This document shows, in pieces, positions 35,550-63,141 of a stretch of 64,000 bases of DNA. How positions within the stretch are numbered: position 1 is the first letter of the stretch; each line of letters starts with the position of its first letter. Below the pieces are notes generated by a model, which saw nothing but the letters and a program-made list of their open reading frames with translations, was not told the DNA's origin and did no database searches. The translations under genes were made by a program, and so were the position numbers. The DNA lies in NCBI RefSeq assembly GCF_055900595.2, contig NZ_CM148325.1; one strand, 5' to 3'.

Positions 35550-35768
35550 TCAATAATGTGGCGGTGGCGTTTCTTCAGCCTGCGACGCGATGTTCGACGG
35601 CTGGCTGGCTTTTAGCTTCTCGGTCAGCAGACGCAGATGATCGCGCAGTTTCGCCATCTCCATTTCATGAGCGGTCACCGTGACGTTCAGTTCTTCAATG
35701 GTGATTTCCTGAAAAGCCAGTCGGCTCTCCAGCTCTGCCAGGCGTGCTTCCAATGATAAATCCTGCAT
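35550..35768 (-). CDS. slyX: small coiled-coil protein SlyX
   Basis: 72-aa ORF. Confidence 0.75.
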
Positions 35769-35848
35769 GATTCACCTCTTTTGTCGAATGGTCGCCGCGG
35801 ATTTTACTTAACTTTGCTGCCCGAGACAGCACTCATTTCGCGGTCATC

Positions 35849-35876
35849 GAAACTAATTTAAACAAAAAGAGTCTGA
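35849..35876 (+). promoter_or_regulatory. putative sigma-E-type promoter for fkpA (-35 GAAACTA, 16-nt spacer, -10 TCTGA)
   Basis: Motif about 113 nt upstream of the fkpA start; fkpA is a known sigma-E regulon member. Confidence 0.45.
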
Positions 35877-35988
35877 AAATAGATGATAATAGGGCGTGTC
35901 TGTATGTAGATTTGTTCGACAACGCTTTATAGTACCCTTCTGATAATAGTTAACCCTGGGGTGAGATGCCCCGATCCTGGAGATATGG

Positions 35989-36801
35989 ATGAAATCACTG
36001 TTTAAAGTAACGCTGCTGGCGACCACAATGGCCGTTGCCCTGCATGCACCGATCACTTTTGCTGCTGAAGCTGCAAAACCTGCTACAACTGCTGACAGCA
36101 AAGCAGCGTTCAAAAATGACGATCAGAAATCAGCTTATGCACTGGGTGCTTCGCTGGGTCGTTACATGGAAAACTCTCTTAAAGAACAAGAAAAACTGGG
36201 CATCAAACTGGATAAAGATCAGCTGATCGCGGGTGTTCAGGATGCATTTGCTGATAAGAGCAAACTCTCCGACCAAGAGATCGAACAGACACTGCAAGCA
36301 TTCGAAGCTCGCGTGAAGTCTTCTGCTCAGGCGAAGATGGAAAAAGACGCGGCAGATAACGAAGCGAAAGGTAAAGAGTACCGCGAGAAATTTGCCAAAG
36401 AGAAAGGTGTGAAAACCTCTTCAACTGGTCTGGTTTATCAGGTAGTAGAAGCCGGTAAAGGCGAAGCACCGAAAGACAGCGATACTGTTGTCGTGAACTA
36501 CAAGGGTACGCTGATCGACGGTAAAGAGTTCGACAACTCTTACACCCGTGGTGAACCGCTCTCTTTCCGTCTGGACGGTGTTATTCCGGGTTGGACAGAA
36601 GGTCTGAAGAACATCAAGAAAGGCGGTAAGATCAAACTGGTTATTCCACCAGAACTGGCTTACGGCAAAGCGGGTGTTCCGGGGATCCCACCGAATTCTA
36701 CCCTGGTGTTTGACGTAGAGCTGCTGGATGTGAAACCAGCGCCGAAGGCTGATGCAAAGCCGGAAGCTGATGCGAAAGCCGCAGATTCTGCTAAAAAATA
36801 A
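35989..36801 (+). CDS. fkpA: periplasmic FKBP-type peptidyl-prolyl isomerase / chaperone
   Basis: 270-aa ORF with signal peptide MKSLFKVTLLATTMAVALHAPITFA. Confidence 0.95.
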   Translation: MKSLFKVTLLATTMAVALHAPITFAAEAAKPATTADSKAAFKNDDQKSAYALGASLGRYMENSLKEQEKLGIKLDKDQLIAGVQDAFADKSKLSDQEIEQTLQAFEARVKSSAQAKMEKDAADNEAKGKEYREKFAKEKGVKTSSTGLVYQVVEAGKGEAPKDSDTVVVNYKGTLIDGKEFDNSYTRGEPLSFRLDGVIPGWTEGLKNIKKGGKIKLVIPPELAYGKAGVPGIPPNSTLVFDVELLDVKPAPKADAKPEADAKAADSAKK

Positions 36802-36811
36802 GCATTAAGAA

Positions 36812-36841
36812 CCGCCGCCTGACCAGGCGGCGGTTTTTTTT
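36812..36841 (+). terminator. rho-independent terminator after fkpA
   Basis: CCGCCGCCT-gacc-AGGCGGCGG stem followed by T8. Confidence 0.85.
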
Positions 36842-36968
36842 ATTACAGGCCGGATATAATTAGTGCTGGAAAGCGGAACCTCCGCTGTATTAATTTAGTT
36901 ACCCGCATCATTAATGAGCCTGCCCTGAAAAGTTAACGACAGGCTCCTGAAAAGGAGTGTTTTTTTTC

Positions 36969-38076
<1,108 letters not shown>

Positions 38077-38077
<1 letters not shown>

Positions 38078-38436
38078 TGAAACGAATTGCGTTTGTTTTT
38101 TCTACTGCGCCTCATGGTACCGCTGCAGGCCGGGAAGGTTTAGATGCTTTACTGGCAACTTCCGCATTAACTGACGATCTGGCTGTCTTCTTTATTGCTG
38201 ATGGCGTTTTTCAGCTGTTGCCAGGACAAAAGCCCGATGCAGTGCTGGCGCGTGATTACATTGCCACTTTTAAATTGTTGGGTCTGTACGACATTGAACA
38301 GTGCTGGGTTTGTGCGGCTTCACTGCGCGAACGCGGGTTAGATCCGCAGACCCCCTTTGTTGTCGAAGCCACGCCGCTCGAAGCAGATGCCTTACGCCGC
38401 GAACTCGCCAACTACGATGTTATTTTGAGGTTTTGA
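38077..38436 (+). CDS. tusC: sulfurtransferase complex subunit TusC
   Basis: 119-aa ORF. Confidence 0.85.
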
Positions 38437-38443
38437 GGCGTTT

Positions 38444-38731
38444 ATGCTGCACACATTACATCGTTCACCCTGGCTGACGGATTTTGCTGCGCTGTTGCGT
38501 CTACTCAGTGAAGGCGACGAACTGCTATTATTGCAAGATGGTGTAACTGCCGCAGTTGACGGTAACCGCTACCTTGAAAGTCTGCGTAATGCCCCCATTA
38601 AGGTCTATGCCCTGAACGAAGACCTTATTGCCCGCGGTTTGACTGGTCAAATTTCTAACGACATCATTCCCATTGACTATACTGATTTCGTCAGACTTAC
38701 GGTTAAGCACTCCAGCCAGATGGCCTGGTGA
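38444..38731 (+). CDS. tusB: sulfurtransferase complex subunit TusB
   Basis: 95-aa ORF. Confidence 0.85.
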   Translation: MLHTLHRSPWLTDFAALLRLLSEGDELLLLQDGVTAAVDGNRYLESLRNAPIKVYALNEDLIARGLTGQISNDIIPIDYTDFVRLTVKHSSQMAW

Positions 38732-38753
38732 TGGCGGGATCGTTGTATATTTC

Positions 38754-39231
<478 letters not shown>

Positions 39232-39312
39232 TGGTTCTCCGTTAAGTAAGGCCAAACGTTTTAACTTAAATGTCAAACTAAACTCGTAGAGTTTTGGACA
39301 ATCCTGAATTAA

Positions 39313-39798
<486 letters not shown>

Positions 39799-39882
39799 TC
39801 CCTTCGGAGTTTTAGTCACCAGGCGGGCGCTTCCAGTAAGCAGCCCGCTTTGGGCTACTTAAATTGAACGCCTAAAAGATAA

Positions 39883-42009
<2,127 letters not shown>

Positions 42010-42022
42010 GCCTAAGGGTTAA

Positions 42023-43264
<1,242 letters not shown>

Positions 43265-43288
43265 TTACACGTTAATTAGTTTCGAATT

Positions 43289-43314
43289 AAAAAGGGCGCT
43301 TCGGCGCCCTTTTT
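43289..43314 (+). terminator. rho-independent terminator after tufA
   Basis: AAAAAGGGCGC-ttcg-GCGCCCTTTTT. Confidence 0.85.
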
Positions 43315-43391
43315 GCTGCCCGTAATTTGAGCTCGAAATATTTAGTCGTAATTTCACTCGCTGAACTATGGCGCAAATTAAACTGTGCTAT

Positions 43392-43413
43392 TGTAATCAT
43401 AACCATTCTCATT
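43392..43413 (+). promoter_or_regulatory. putative Fur-box-like element upstream of bfd
   Basis: TGTAATCATAACCATTCTCATT, AT-rich hexamer repeats resembling GATAATGATAATCATTATC, 33 nt before the bfd start. Confidence 0.35.
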
Positions 43414-43446
43414 TACACTTTGCGCAGAATTTGAACGGGAGCAATC

Positions 43447-43641
43447 ATGTACGTTTGTTTGTGTAATGGTGTAAGTGACAAAAAAATTCGCCAGGCAGTC
43501 CGTCAGTTTCATCCGCAATCTTTCCAACAATTGCGTAAGTTTATTCCTGTGGGAAATCAATGCGGTAAGTGCATTCGCGCCGCGCGCGAAGTGATGCAGG
43601 ACGAGTTGATGCAGATGCCAGAATTTAAAGAGATTGCCTGA
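43447..43641 (+). CDS. bfd: bacterioferritin-associated ferredoxin
   Basis: 64-aa ORF with [2Fe-2S] cysteines (CLCNGVSD ... NQCGKC). Confidence 0.85.
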   Translation: MYVCLCNGVSDKKIRQAVRQFHPQSFQQLRKFIPVGNQCGKCIRAAREVMQDELMQMPEFKEIA

Positions 43642-43713
43642 AGCCCACGCTTATTTTTTGACATCCCGCTAGCCCCATCTACGCTCTAATAGTGGAAGCG
43701 GAGGGACTATAAA

Positions 43714-44190
43714 ATGAAAGGTGATGTTAAAATCATAAATTATCTCAATAAACTATTGGGAAATGAGCTTGTCGCAATCAATCAGTATTTTCTCCATGCC
43801 CGGATGTTTAAAAACTGGGGCCTGATGCGTCTCAATGACGTCGAATACCATGAATCTATTGATGAGATGAAACACGCTGATAAATATATCGAGCGTATTT
43901 TGTTTTTAGAAGGAATCCCTAACTTACAGGATTTAGGCAAACTGGGGATTGGTGAAGATGTCGAGGAGATGCTGCAATCCGACCTGCGATTAGAACTGGA
44001 AGGCGCGAAGGATCTCCGTGAGGCTATCGCGTATGCCGACAGCGTTCATGACTATGTTAGCCGTGATATGATGATCGAGATCCTTGCCGATGAAGAAGGT
44101 CATATTGACTGGCTCGAAACTGAGCTGGATCTCATCGGTAAAATCGGTTTACAAAATTACCTGCAATCACAAATAAAAGTTAAAGATTAA
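43714..44190 (+). CDS. bfr: bacterioferritin
   Basis: 158-aa ORF, N-term [31 protein letters not shown]. Confidence 0.95.
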   Translation: MKGDVKIINYLNKLLGNELVAINQYFLHARMFKNWGLMRLNDVEYHESIDEMKHADKYIERILFLEGIPNLQDLGKLGIGEDVEEMLQSDLRLELEGAKDLREAIAYADSVHDYVSRDMMIEILADEEGHIDWLETELDLIGKIGLQNYLQSQIKVKD

Positions 44191-44654
44191 CGGCCTGCCA
44201 GCAAACTATCCCAGCCTACAACGAAACCCGCAGCCGCCAGAAATGGCCCAAACGGCAGCGGGTTTTTTAATGACTCTTTTCCTCTCATGAGCAGACCAAT
44301 AACTACGGCTCCGCAAGCGAATGAGGCAGCAAGGAAAACCAGTCGTGGCAAGAAGGTCCATGTATGCCAGGCACCAAGGGCGGCGAGAAACTTCACATCA
44401 CCATAGCCTAATCCTTCTTTATGACGCAGTATGCGATACCCCCAGTAAATGACAGCGAATGTGCCGTAACCAATAATCGCCCCCCATAACGCATCGGCTA
44501 AACCGTCAGGATTACAAACCTGATAGAACAAAAGACCTGACCAGAGTAACGGGCACGTAAATCTGTCAGGTAACAAGCCATGCTTTGCATCCCAGAAAAA
44601 AAGTAGGGCTGATAAACAAGCGTACAAAATCAGAAAGGGAAGGGTAGCGTCCAT
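44187..44654 (-). CDS. short-form prepilin (leader) peptidase, A24 family, HopD-like
   Basis: 155-aa polytopic ORF with [14 protein letters not shown] (GxGD catalytic aspartate motif); stop codon shares 3 nt with the bfr stop. Confidence 0.7.
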   Translation of the reverse strand: MDATLPFLILYACLSALLFFWDAKHGLLPDRFTCPLLWSGLLFYQVCNPDGLADALWGAIIGYGTFAVIYWGYRILRHKEGLGYGDVKFLAALGAWHTWTFLPRLVFLAASFACGAVVIGLLMRGKESLKNPLPFGPFLAAAGFVVGWDSLLAGR

Positions 44655-44827
44655 AAAACATCCTCTGTAATTGGAGTATCACCATCGAATAACTGCGGAT
44701 GCTCAGCAACAGAGAAATCGCTGATTTGTTAACCTGATTCCGGTGAAAAACGCTATCTTCACAACCTTACAAATTTCGTGGAATGCAGCTCGCAATCTGC
44801 GCGTTGCGATTAATTTCTACCCGATGC

Positions 44828-44855
44828 TTGCGTCAGGCTCAGATTTGCGTATAAT
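44828..44855 (+). promoter_or_regulatory. S10 operon promoter (-35 TTGCGT, 16-nt spacer, -10 TATAAT)
   Basis: Hexamers about 180 nt upstream of rpsJ, consistent with the known long S10 leader. Confidence 0.7.
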
Positions 44856-44861
44856 GCGCGG

Positions 44862-45344
<483 letters not shown>

Positions 45345-45364
45345 TCAGGTCATTGAGCGATTGA

Positions 45365-47760
<2,396 letters not shown>

Positions 47761-47773
47761 TTTTAGAGGATAA

Positions 47774-48055
<282 letters not shown>

Positions 48056-48060
48056 GGTAG

Positions 48061-49989
<1,929 letters not shown>

Positions 49990-50014
49990 TACAGTACACT
50001 CTCTCGATACGAAT

Positions 50015-50046
50015 AAACGGCTCAGAAATGAGCCGTTTATTTTTTC
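50015..50046 (+). terminator. S10 operon terminator
   Basis: AAACGGCTCA-gaaa-TGAGCCGTTT followed by T-run. Confidence 0.85.
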
Positions 50047-50066
50047 TACCCATATCCTTGAAGCGG

Positions 50067-50075
50067 TGTTATAAT
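50067..50075 (+). promoter_or_regulatory. spc operon promoter, extended -10 (TGtTATAAT)
   Basis: TG-n-TATAAT about 78 nt upstream of rplN; -35 element not clearly recognisable. Confidence 0.55.
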
Positions 50076-50141
50076 GCCGCGCCCTCGATATGGGGATTTT
50101 TAACGACCTGATTTTCGGGTCTCAGTAGTAGTTGACATTAG

Positions 50142-51404
<1,263 letters not shown>

Positions 51405-51415
51405 GGTAGGGTTAC

Positions 51416-51724
<309 letters not shown>

Positions 51725-51751
51725 TTGTCACCAATTGAATCACGGGAGTAA

Positions 51752-53059
<1,308 letters not shown>

Positions 53060-53064
53060 GGTAG

Positions 53065-54198
<1,134 letters not shown>

Positions 54199-54205
54199 GT
54201 AGCAG

Positions 54206-55685
<1,480 letters not shown>

Positions 55686-55703
55686 TTTTTTCGCATATTT
55701 TTC

Positions 55704-55732
55704 TTGCAAAGTTGGGTTGAGCTGGCTAGATT
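55704..55732 (+). promoter_or_regulatory. alpha operon promoter (-35 TTGCAA, 17-nt spacer, -10 TAGATT)
   Basis: Hexamers about 100 nt upstream of rpsM; the rpsM leader holds the S4 autoregulatory site by established knowledge. Confidence 0.6.
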
Positions 55733-55822
55733 AGCCAGCCAATCTTTTGTATGTCTGTGCGTTTCCATTTGAGTATCCTGAAAACGGGCTTTTCAGCATG
55801 GAACGTACATATTAAATAGTAG

Positions 55823-56188
<366 letters not shown>

Positions 56189-56201
56189 TCGGGGTGATTG
56201 A

Positions 56202-57248
<1,047 letters not shown>

Positions 57249-57273
57249 AGCTTAGTACCAAAGAGAGGACACA

Positions 57274-58263
57274 ATGCAGGGTTCTGTGACAGAGTTTCTA
57301 AAACCGCGCCTGGTTGATATCGAGCAAATGAGTTCGACGCACGCCAAGGTGACCCTTGAGCCTTTAGAGCGTGGCTTTGGCCATACTCTGGGTAACGCAC
57401 TGCGCCGTATTCTGCTCTCATCGATGCCGGGTTGCGCGGTGACCGAGGTTGAGATTGATGGTGTACTACATGAGTACAGCACCAAAGAAGGCGTTCAGGA
57501 AGATATCCTGGAAATCCTGCTCAACCTGAAAGGGCTGGCGGTGAGAGTTCAGGGCAAAGATGAAGTTATTCTTACCTTGAATAAATCTGGCATTGGCCCT
57601 GTGACTGCAGCCGATATCACCCACGACGGTGATGTCGAAATCGTCAAGCCGCAGCACGTGATCTGCCACCTGACCGATGAGAACGCGTCTATTAGCATGC
57701 GTATCAAAGTTCAGCGCGGTCGTGGTTATGTGCCGGCTTCTACCCGAATTCATTCGGAAGAAGATGAGCGCCCAATCGGCCGTCTGCTGGTCGACGCATG
57801 CTACAGCCCTGTGGAGCGTATTGCCTACAATGTTGAAGCAGCGCGTGTAGAACAGCGTACCGACCTGGACAAGCTGGTCATCGAAATGGAAACCAACGGC
57901 ACAATCGATCCTGAAGAGGCGATTCGTCGTGCGGCAACCATTCTGGCTGAACAACTGGAAGCTTTCGTTGACTTACGTGATGTACGTCAGCCTGAAGTGA
58001 AAGAAGAGAAACCAGAGTTCGATCCGATCCTGCTGCGCCCTGTTGACGATCTGGAATTGACTGTCCGCTCTGCTAACTGCCTTAAAGCAGAAGCTATCCA
58101 CTATATCGGTGATCTGGTACAGCGTACCGAGGTTGAGCTCCTTAAAACGCCTAACCTTGGTAAAAAATCTCTTACTGAGATTAAAGACGTGCTGGCTTCC
58201 CGTGGACTGTCTCTGGGCATGCGCCTGGAAAACTGGCCACCGGCAAGCATCGCTGACGAGTAA
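57274..58263 (+). CDS. rpoA: DNA-directed RNA polymerase alpha subunit
   Basis: 329-aa ORF. Confidence 0.98.
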
Positions 58264-58279
58264 CCGGATCACAGGTTAA

Positions 58280-58687
<408 letters not shown>

Positions 58688-58700
58688 TCTGAAGCAACGT

Positions 58701-58728
58701 AAAAAAACCCGCCCCGGCGGGTTTTTTT
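58701..58728 (+). terminator. alpha operon terminator
   Basis: AAAAAAACCCGCCCCGGCGGGTTTTTTT hairpin with flanking A- and T-runs. Confidence 0.85.
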
Positions 58729-58793
58729 ATACCCGTAGTATCCCCACTTATCTACAATAGCTGTACTCTTTTTGTTCATCCCCTGGAGTATTT

Positions 58794-59162
58794 ATGTGGT
58801 TACTTGACCAGTGGGCAGAGCGCCATATAGCAGAAGCGCAAGCGAAAGGTGAGTTTGATAACCTAGCTGGTAGCGGCGAACCATTAATCCTGGATGATGA
58901 TTCCCACGTGCCACCAGAATTACGTGCGGGGTATCGCTTGTTGAAGAATGCTGGTTGCTTACCGCCAGAACTTGAGCAACGGAGGGAAGCAATTCATCTT
59001 ATGGATATCCTCGAAGGTATCCGTCACGATGATCCGCAATATCAAGAGATTAGTCGTCGATTGTCATTACTGGAGTTAAAGCTGCGACAAGCAGGATTGA
59101 GTACCGATTTTTTACGCGGCGATTATGCTGACAAGTTGTTGAATAAAATCAACGATAACTAG
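58794..59162 (+). CDS. yhdN: DUF1992-family protein
   Basis: 122-aa ORF. Confidence 0.75.
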   Translation: MWLLDQWAERHIAEAQAKGEFDNLAGSGEPLILDDDSHVPPELRAGYRLLKNAGCLPPELEQRREAIHLMDILEGIRHDDPQYQEISRRLSLLELKLRQAGLSTDFLRGDYADKLLNKINDN

Positions 59163-59172
59163 TGGAGTATGT

Positions 59173-59598
59173 ATGTATCGCATTGGTGAGCTGGCAAAAA
59201 TGGCGGAAGTAACACCCGACACGATTCGTTATTACGAAAAGCAGCAGATGATGGAGCATGAAGTACGTACCGAAGGTGGGTTTCGCCTGTATACCGAAAG
59301 CGATCTCCAGCGATTGAAATTTATCCGCCATGCCAGACAACTTGGTTTCAGTCTGGAGTCGATCCGCGAGTTGCTGTCGATCCGTATCGATCCTGAGCAC
59401 CATACCTGTCAGGAGTCAAAAGGCATTGTGCAGGAAAGATTACAGGAAGTGGAAGCACGGATAGCCGAGTTGCAGAGTATGCAGCGTTCCCTCCAACGCC
59501 TTAACGATGCCTGTTGTGGGACCGCCCATAGCAGTGTTTATTGCTCGATTCTTGAAGCCCTTGAACAAGGGGCGAGTGGCATTAAGAGTGGTTGTTGA
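59173..59598 (+). CDS. zntR: MerR-family Zn(II)-responsive transcriptional regulator
   Basis: 141-aa ORF with N-terminal HTH (MYRIGELAKMAEVTPDTIRYYE) and C-terminal metal-binding Cys/His cluster. Confidence 0.9.
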   Translation: MYRIGELAKMAEVTPDTIRYYEKQQMMEHEVRTEGGFRLYTESDLQRLKFIRHARQLGFSLESIRELLSIRIDPEHHTCQESKGIVQERLQEVEARIAELQSMQRSLQRLNDACCGTAHSSVYCSILEALEQGASGIKSGC

Positions 59599-59653
59599 TT
59601 TTTTGCACTGGCGGGATTACACTCGCGCCGTTAAATAACCAACTGGAGTTTTT

Positions 59654-59872
59654 ATGAGCCGATATCAGCATACTAAAGGACAGATAAAAGATAATGCGAT
59701 AGAAGCATTGCTACATGATCCTTTATTCCGACAGCGTGTAGAGAAAAATAAGAAGGGGAAAGGTAGTTACATGCGGAAAGGAAAACATGGCAATCGGGGA
59801 AACTGGGAGGCCAGTGGCAAGAAAGTAAATCACTTTTTTACCACTGGCCTTCTGCTTTCAGGGGCTTTTTAA
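59654..59872 (+). CDS. arfA: alternative ribosome-rescue factor A
   Basis: 72-aa ORF; 9-bp inverted repeat GGCCAGTGG...CCACTGGCC inside its 3' region (about 59809-59849); stop shares nucleotides with the mscL stop. Confidence 0.8.
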
Positions 59873-60279
59873 GAGCGGTTATTCTGCTCTTTCAGCAAAT
59901 CACGAATTTCTGTCAGTAATACTTCTTCTTTAGTTGGCGCTGGCGCGGCTGCCGGTTCTTCTTTCTTACGATTCAGTTTGTTGATTAGCTTAATTGCCAT
60001 GAAGATGGCAAAGGCCACAATCAGAAAATCAAAGACGTTTTGAATGAAGACACCGTAATGCATCACAACAGCAGGGATATCCCCCTGCGCATCGCGTAGC
60101 GTGACAGCAAACTGTTTAAAATCGATCCCGCCAATTAATAAGCCCAGAGGAGGCATGATGATATCGGCAACCAGTGAAGAGACAATCTTCCCGAATGCCG
60201 CACCGATAATGACACCCACCGCCAAATCCACTACGTTCCCGCGCATCGCAAATTCGCGAAATTCTTTAATAATGCTCAT
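59869..60279 (-). CDS. mscL: large-conductance mechanosensitive channel
   Basis: 136-aa ORF, N-term [30 protein letters not shown]. Confidence 0.95.
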
Positions 60280-60408
60280 GTTATTCTCCCTATGAAGCCG
60301 ACAACCATAAGTCTAACAAATGTTAAGCCATTTTCCTGCCAGGAATGAATTTAATTAATCCTTGAGAATCAAAGGGAAATAATAAGGCGTCATAAGACGC
60401 CTTATTAA

Positions 60409-61785
60409 TTACAAAAAGAAAGGACTTGGCTGGAAGAGTCTTTCGACGTCGGTAATAAACTTTTTATCTGTGAGGAACATAATTACATGATCGCCTTGCT
60501 CAATACGCAGATTGTCATTGGCAATCATCACATCATTGCCGCGTACTACAGCACCAATAATCGTTCCTGGCGGTAGCTTGATTTCGTCAATGACTCTGCC
60601 GACAACGCGTGAGGTGCTTTCATCACCGTGAGCAACGGCTTCAATAGCTTCTGCTACGCCGCGGCGCAATGAGGAAACACCAACAATATCTGCTTTTCGC
60701 ACATGGCTAAGCAACGCAGAGATGGTCGCTTGTTGCGGTGAAATTGCAATATCGATCACGCTCCCCTGAACCAGATCCACATAAGCGCGACGCTGGATCA
60801 ATACCATCACCTTTTTCGCGCCCATACGTTTGGCGAGCATGGCGGACATAATATTGGCCTCGTCATCGTTGGTGACGGCAATAAACAGATCAACTTGATC
60901 GATGTGCTCTTCAGCCAGCAGTTCCTGATCCGATGCATCACCAAAAAAGACGATCGTATTCTGCAGCTTTTCCGCCAGCTCGGCAGCGCGCTGTTGATTA
61001 CGCTCGATGAGTTTGACGCTGTAATCTTTTTCCAGACGACGCGCCAGCCCTGCACCGATATTACCGCCGCCAACCAGCATGATCCGCTTATACGGTTTTT
61101 CCAGACGTTGCAATTCACTCATCACCGCGCGGATGTGTTGCGAAGCGGCAATAAAGAACACTTCATCACCAGCTTCAACAATGGTCGAACCTTGCGGACG
61201 AATAGGGCGATCGTGGCGGAAAATGGCTGCCACACGAGTATCGATATGCGGCATATGTTCGCGCATGGTCGAAAGTGCATTACCAATCAGTGGGCCGCCA
61301 TAATAGGCTTTAACCACAGCCAGGCTGACTTTACCCTCAGCGAAGTTCACTACCTGCAGCGCGCCGGGATACTCAATCAGTCGGTAAATATTATCGATAA
61401 CCAGCTGCTCTGGTGCGATCAGATGATCAATCGGTACAGCATCTGAATGAAATAGCTTATCGGCATCGCGCACGTAGTCTGGTGAGCGGATACGAGCGAT
61501 GCGATTAGGGGTGTTGAAAAGTGAGTAGGCTACCTGGCAGGCAACCATATTGGTTTCATCTGAACTGGTTACAGCAACCAGCATATCGGCGTCGTCGGCA
61601 CCTGCCTCCCGCAATACGCGTGGATGAGAGCCATGCCCCTGCACGACTCGCAGGTCAAATTTATCCTGCAAGGTCCGCAGACGCTCACCGTTGGTATCGA
61701 CAACAGTAATATCGTTGTTCTCGCCAACCAGGTTTTCCGCCAGTGTGCCGCCAACCTGGCCGGCACCCAGAATGATAATTTTCAT
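60409..61785 (-). CDS. trkA: Trk potassium-uptake system NAD-binding protein
   Basis: 458-aa ORF with two Rossmann GxGxxG motifs ([16 protein letters not shown]). Confidence 0.95.
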   Translation of the reverse strand: MKIIILGAGQVGGTLAENLVGENNDITVVDTNGERLRTLQDKFDLRVVQGHGSHPRVLREAGADDADMLVAVTSSDETNMVACQVAYSLFNTPNRIARIRSPDYVRDADKLFHSDAVPIDHLIAPEQLVIDNIYRLIEYPGALQVVNFAEGKVSLAVVKAYYGGPLIGNALSTMREHMPHIDTRVAAIFRHDRPIRPQGSTIVEAGDEVFFIAASQHIRAVMSELQRLEKPYKRIMLVGGGNIGAGLARRLEKDYSVKLIERNQQRAAELAEKLQNTIVFFGDASDQELLAEEHIDQVDLFIAVTNDDEANIMSAMLAKRMGAKKVMVLIQRRAYVDLVQGSVIDIAISPQQATISALLSHVRKADIVGVSSLRRGVAEAIEAVAHGDESTSRVVGRVIDEIKLPPGTIIGAVVRGNDVMIANDNLRIEQGDHVIMFLTDKKFITDVERLFQPSPFFL

Positions 61786-61806
61786 CAGTCGCGACCCGTT
61801 ATCTCA

Positions 61807-63096
61807 TCACTTTTTGATTAGCTTAGCGTAAAAGAAGCCGTCGCCCTCTTCGGCACCAGGCAGATTTTGCTTACCTGGTTGTTCTGGTGTTCCGGTTTCG
61901 CAAAGCATTGCATCTTCTGTGCGTTGCAGAAAGGCTTTAATTTGTTGGCTATTCTCTTCCGGTAACACTGAACAGGTGGCATAGACCAGGGTTCCACCGG
62001 ATTTTAAATGCGGCCAGATGGCGTCGAGAATTTCAGACTGCAACTGCGCGAGTTCAGGGATATCGCGATCGCGACGTAACCATTTAATATCCGGATGGCG
62101 ACGAATCACACCGGTTGCTGAACAAGGCGCATCTAATAAAATGCGATCAAACTGTTGCTCGCCACACCATTGGGAAGGGTAGCGGCCATCACCTTGTTTC
62201 ACGGTCGCCTTCATACCAAGGCGTTTTAAATTGTCGTAAACGCGAGAGAGGCGCTGTTCGTCAATATCAACCGCAACAACCTGCGCTTCTGGTGCCACCT
62301 CAAGGATATGCGTTGTTTTACCGCCGGGGGCAGCGCAAAGATCCAGAATGTGTTCACCGTTTTGTGGCGCAAGCCAGGCCATGCAACCTTGTGCTGATGC
62401 ATCCTGAACGGTAACCCATCCTTCTTCAAAACCTGGTAGCACATGAACAGGTGCAGGTGTTTCCAGCCGTACAGCATCAGGGTAATCCGCATGCGGGAAA
62501 CCTTTCATTCCTGCTTCATCCAGCAATGCAAGCCAGCTGTCGCGGGAATGATGCGTACGATTAACGCGCAGCCACATTGGCGGACGCTGGTTATTGGCTT
62601 CAATGATGGATTGCCATTGCTCTGGATACGCTTTTTGCAGACGCTTCAGCAACCAGGAAGGATGCAGATAACGTGCATCACTGGCATTAAACTCGGCTAA
62701 TAACTCTTCTTGCTGACGCTGGAACTGGCGTAATACGCCGTTAATCAACCCTTTAAGTTGCGGACGCTTAATTGCGACAGCACCTTCAACCGTTTCAGCC
62801 AGCGCAGCATGAGGTGGAATGCGGGTATAAAGCAGTTGATACAAACCAACCATAATCAGGTAATGCACAGTGCGCTGTTTGCCGGTCATCGGACGGGCCA
62901 TTAACTTATTAATCAGCCAGTCTAACTGTGAAAGCGTACGCAGTACGCCAAAGCACAATTCTTGAAGAAGTGCTTTGTCTTTATCGGAAACTTTTTGCTG
63001 GAGCGGTGGCAGAATGTTGCTTAATGATTGCCCTTGCTCGACGACTTGTTCAACGGCCTGTGCCGCCATGCTACGTAAATTACGTTGTTTTTTCAT
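61807..63096 (-). CDS. rsmB: 16S rRNA m5C967 methyltransferase
   Basis: 429-aa reading from ATG ([13 protein letters not shown]); track ORF starts 7 codons upstream at TTG; SAM-binding [10 protein letters not shown]. Confidence 0.9.
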   Translation of the reverse strand: MKKQRNLRSMAAQAVEQVVEQGQSLSNILPPLQQKVSDKDKALLQELCFGVLRTLSQLDWLINKLMARPMTGKQRTVHYLIMVGLYQLLYTRIPPHAALAETVEGAVAIKRPQLKGLINGVLRQFQRQQEELLAEFNASDARYLHPSWLLKRLQKAYPEQWQSIIEANNQRPPMWLRVNRTHHSRDSWLALLDEAGMKGFPHADYPDAVRLETPAPVHVLPGFEEGWVTVQDASAQGCMAWLAPQNGEHILDLCAAPGGKTTHILEVAPEAQVVAVDIDEQRLSRVYDNLKRLGMKATVKQGDGRYPSQWCGEQQFDRILLDAPCSATGVIRRHPDIKWLRRDRDIPELAQLQSEILDAIWPHLKSGGTLVYATCSVLPEENSQQIKAFLQRTEDAMLCETGTPEQPGKQNLPGAEEGDGFFYAKLIKK

Positions 63097-63141
63097 AAGT
63101 ATAAAAATGCCCGGCAAGACCGGGCTTAGAAGAGTGGACTA

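Noticed and set aside
35311-35556. Repetitive CAC/GAT/GGC codon tract considered as a possible CRISPR or tandem-repeat array
   Set aside because: It is the in-frame His/Asp/Gly/Cys-rich coding tail of slyD; no repeat-spacer periodicity.
44187-44654. Reading the 155-aa peptidase gene as a truncated gspO pseudogene
   Set aside because: The ORF has its own start and stop and keeps the GxGD motif; it looks like an intact short-form peptidase, so I called it a CDS.
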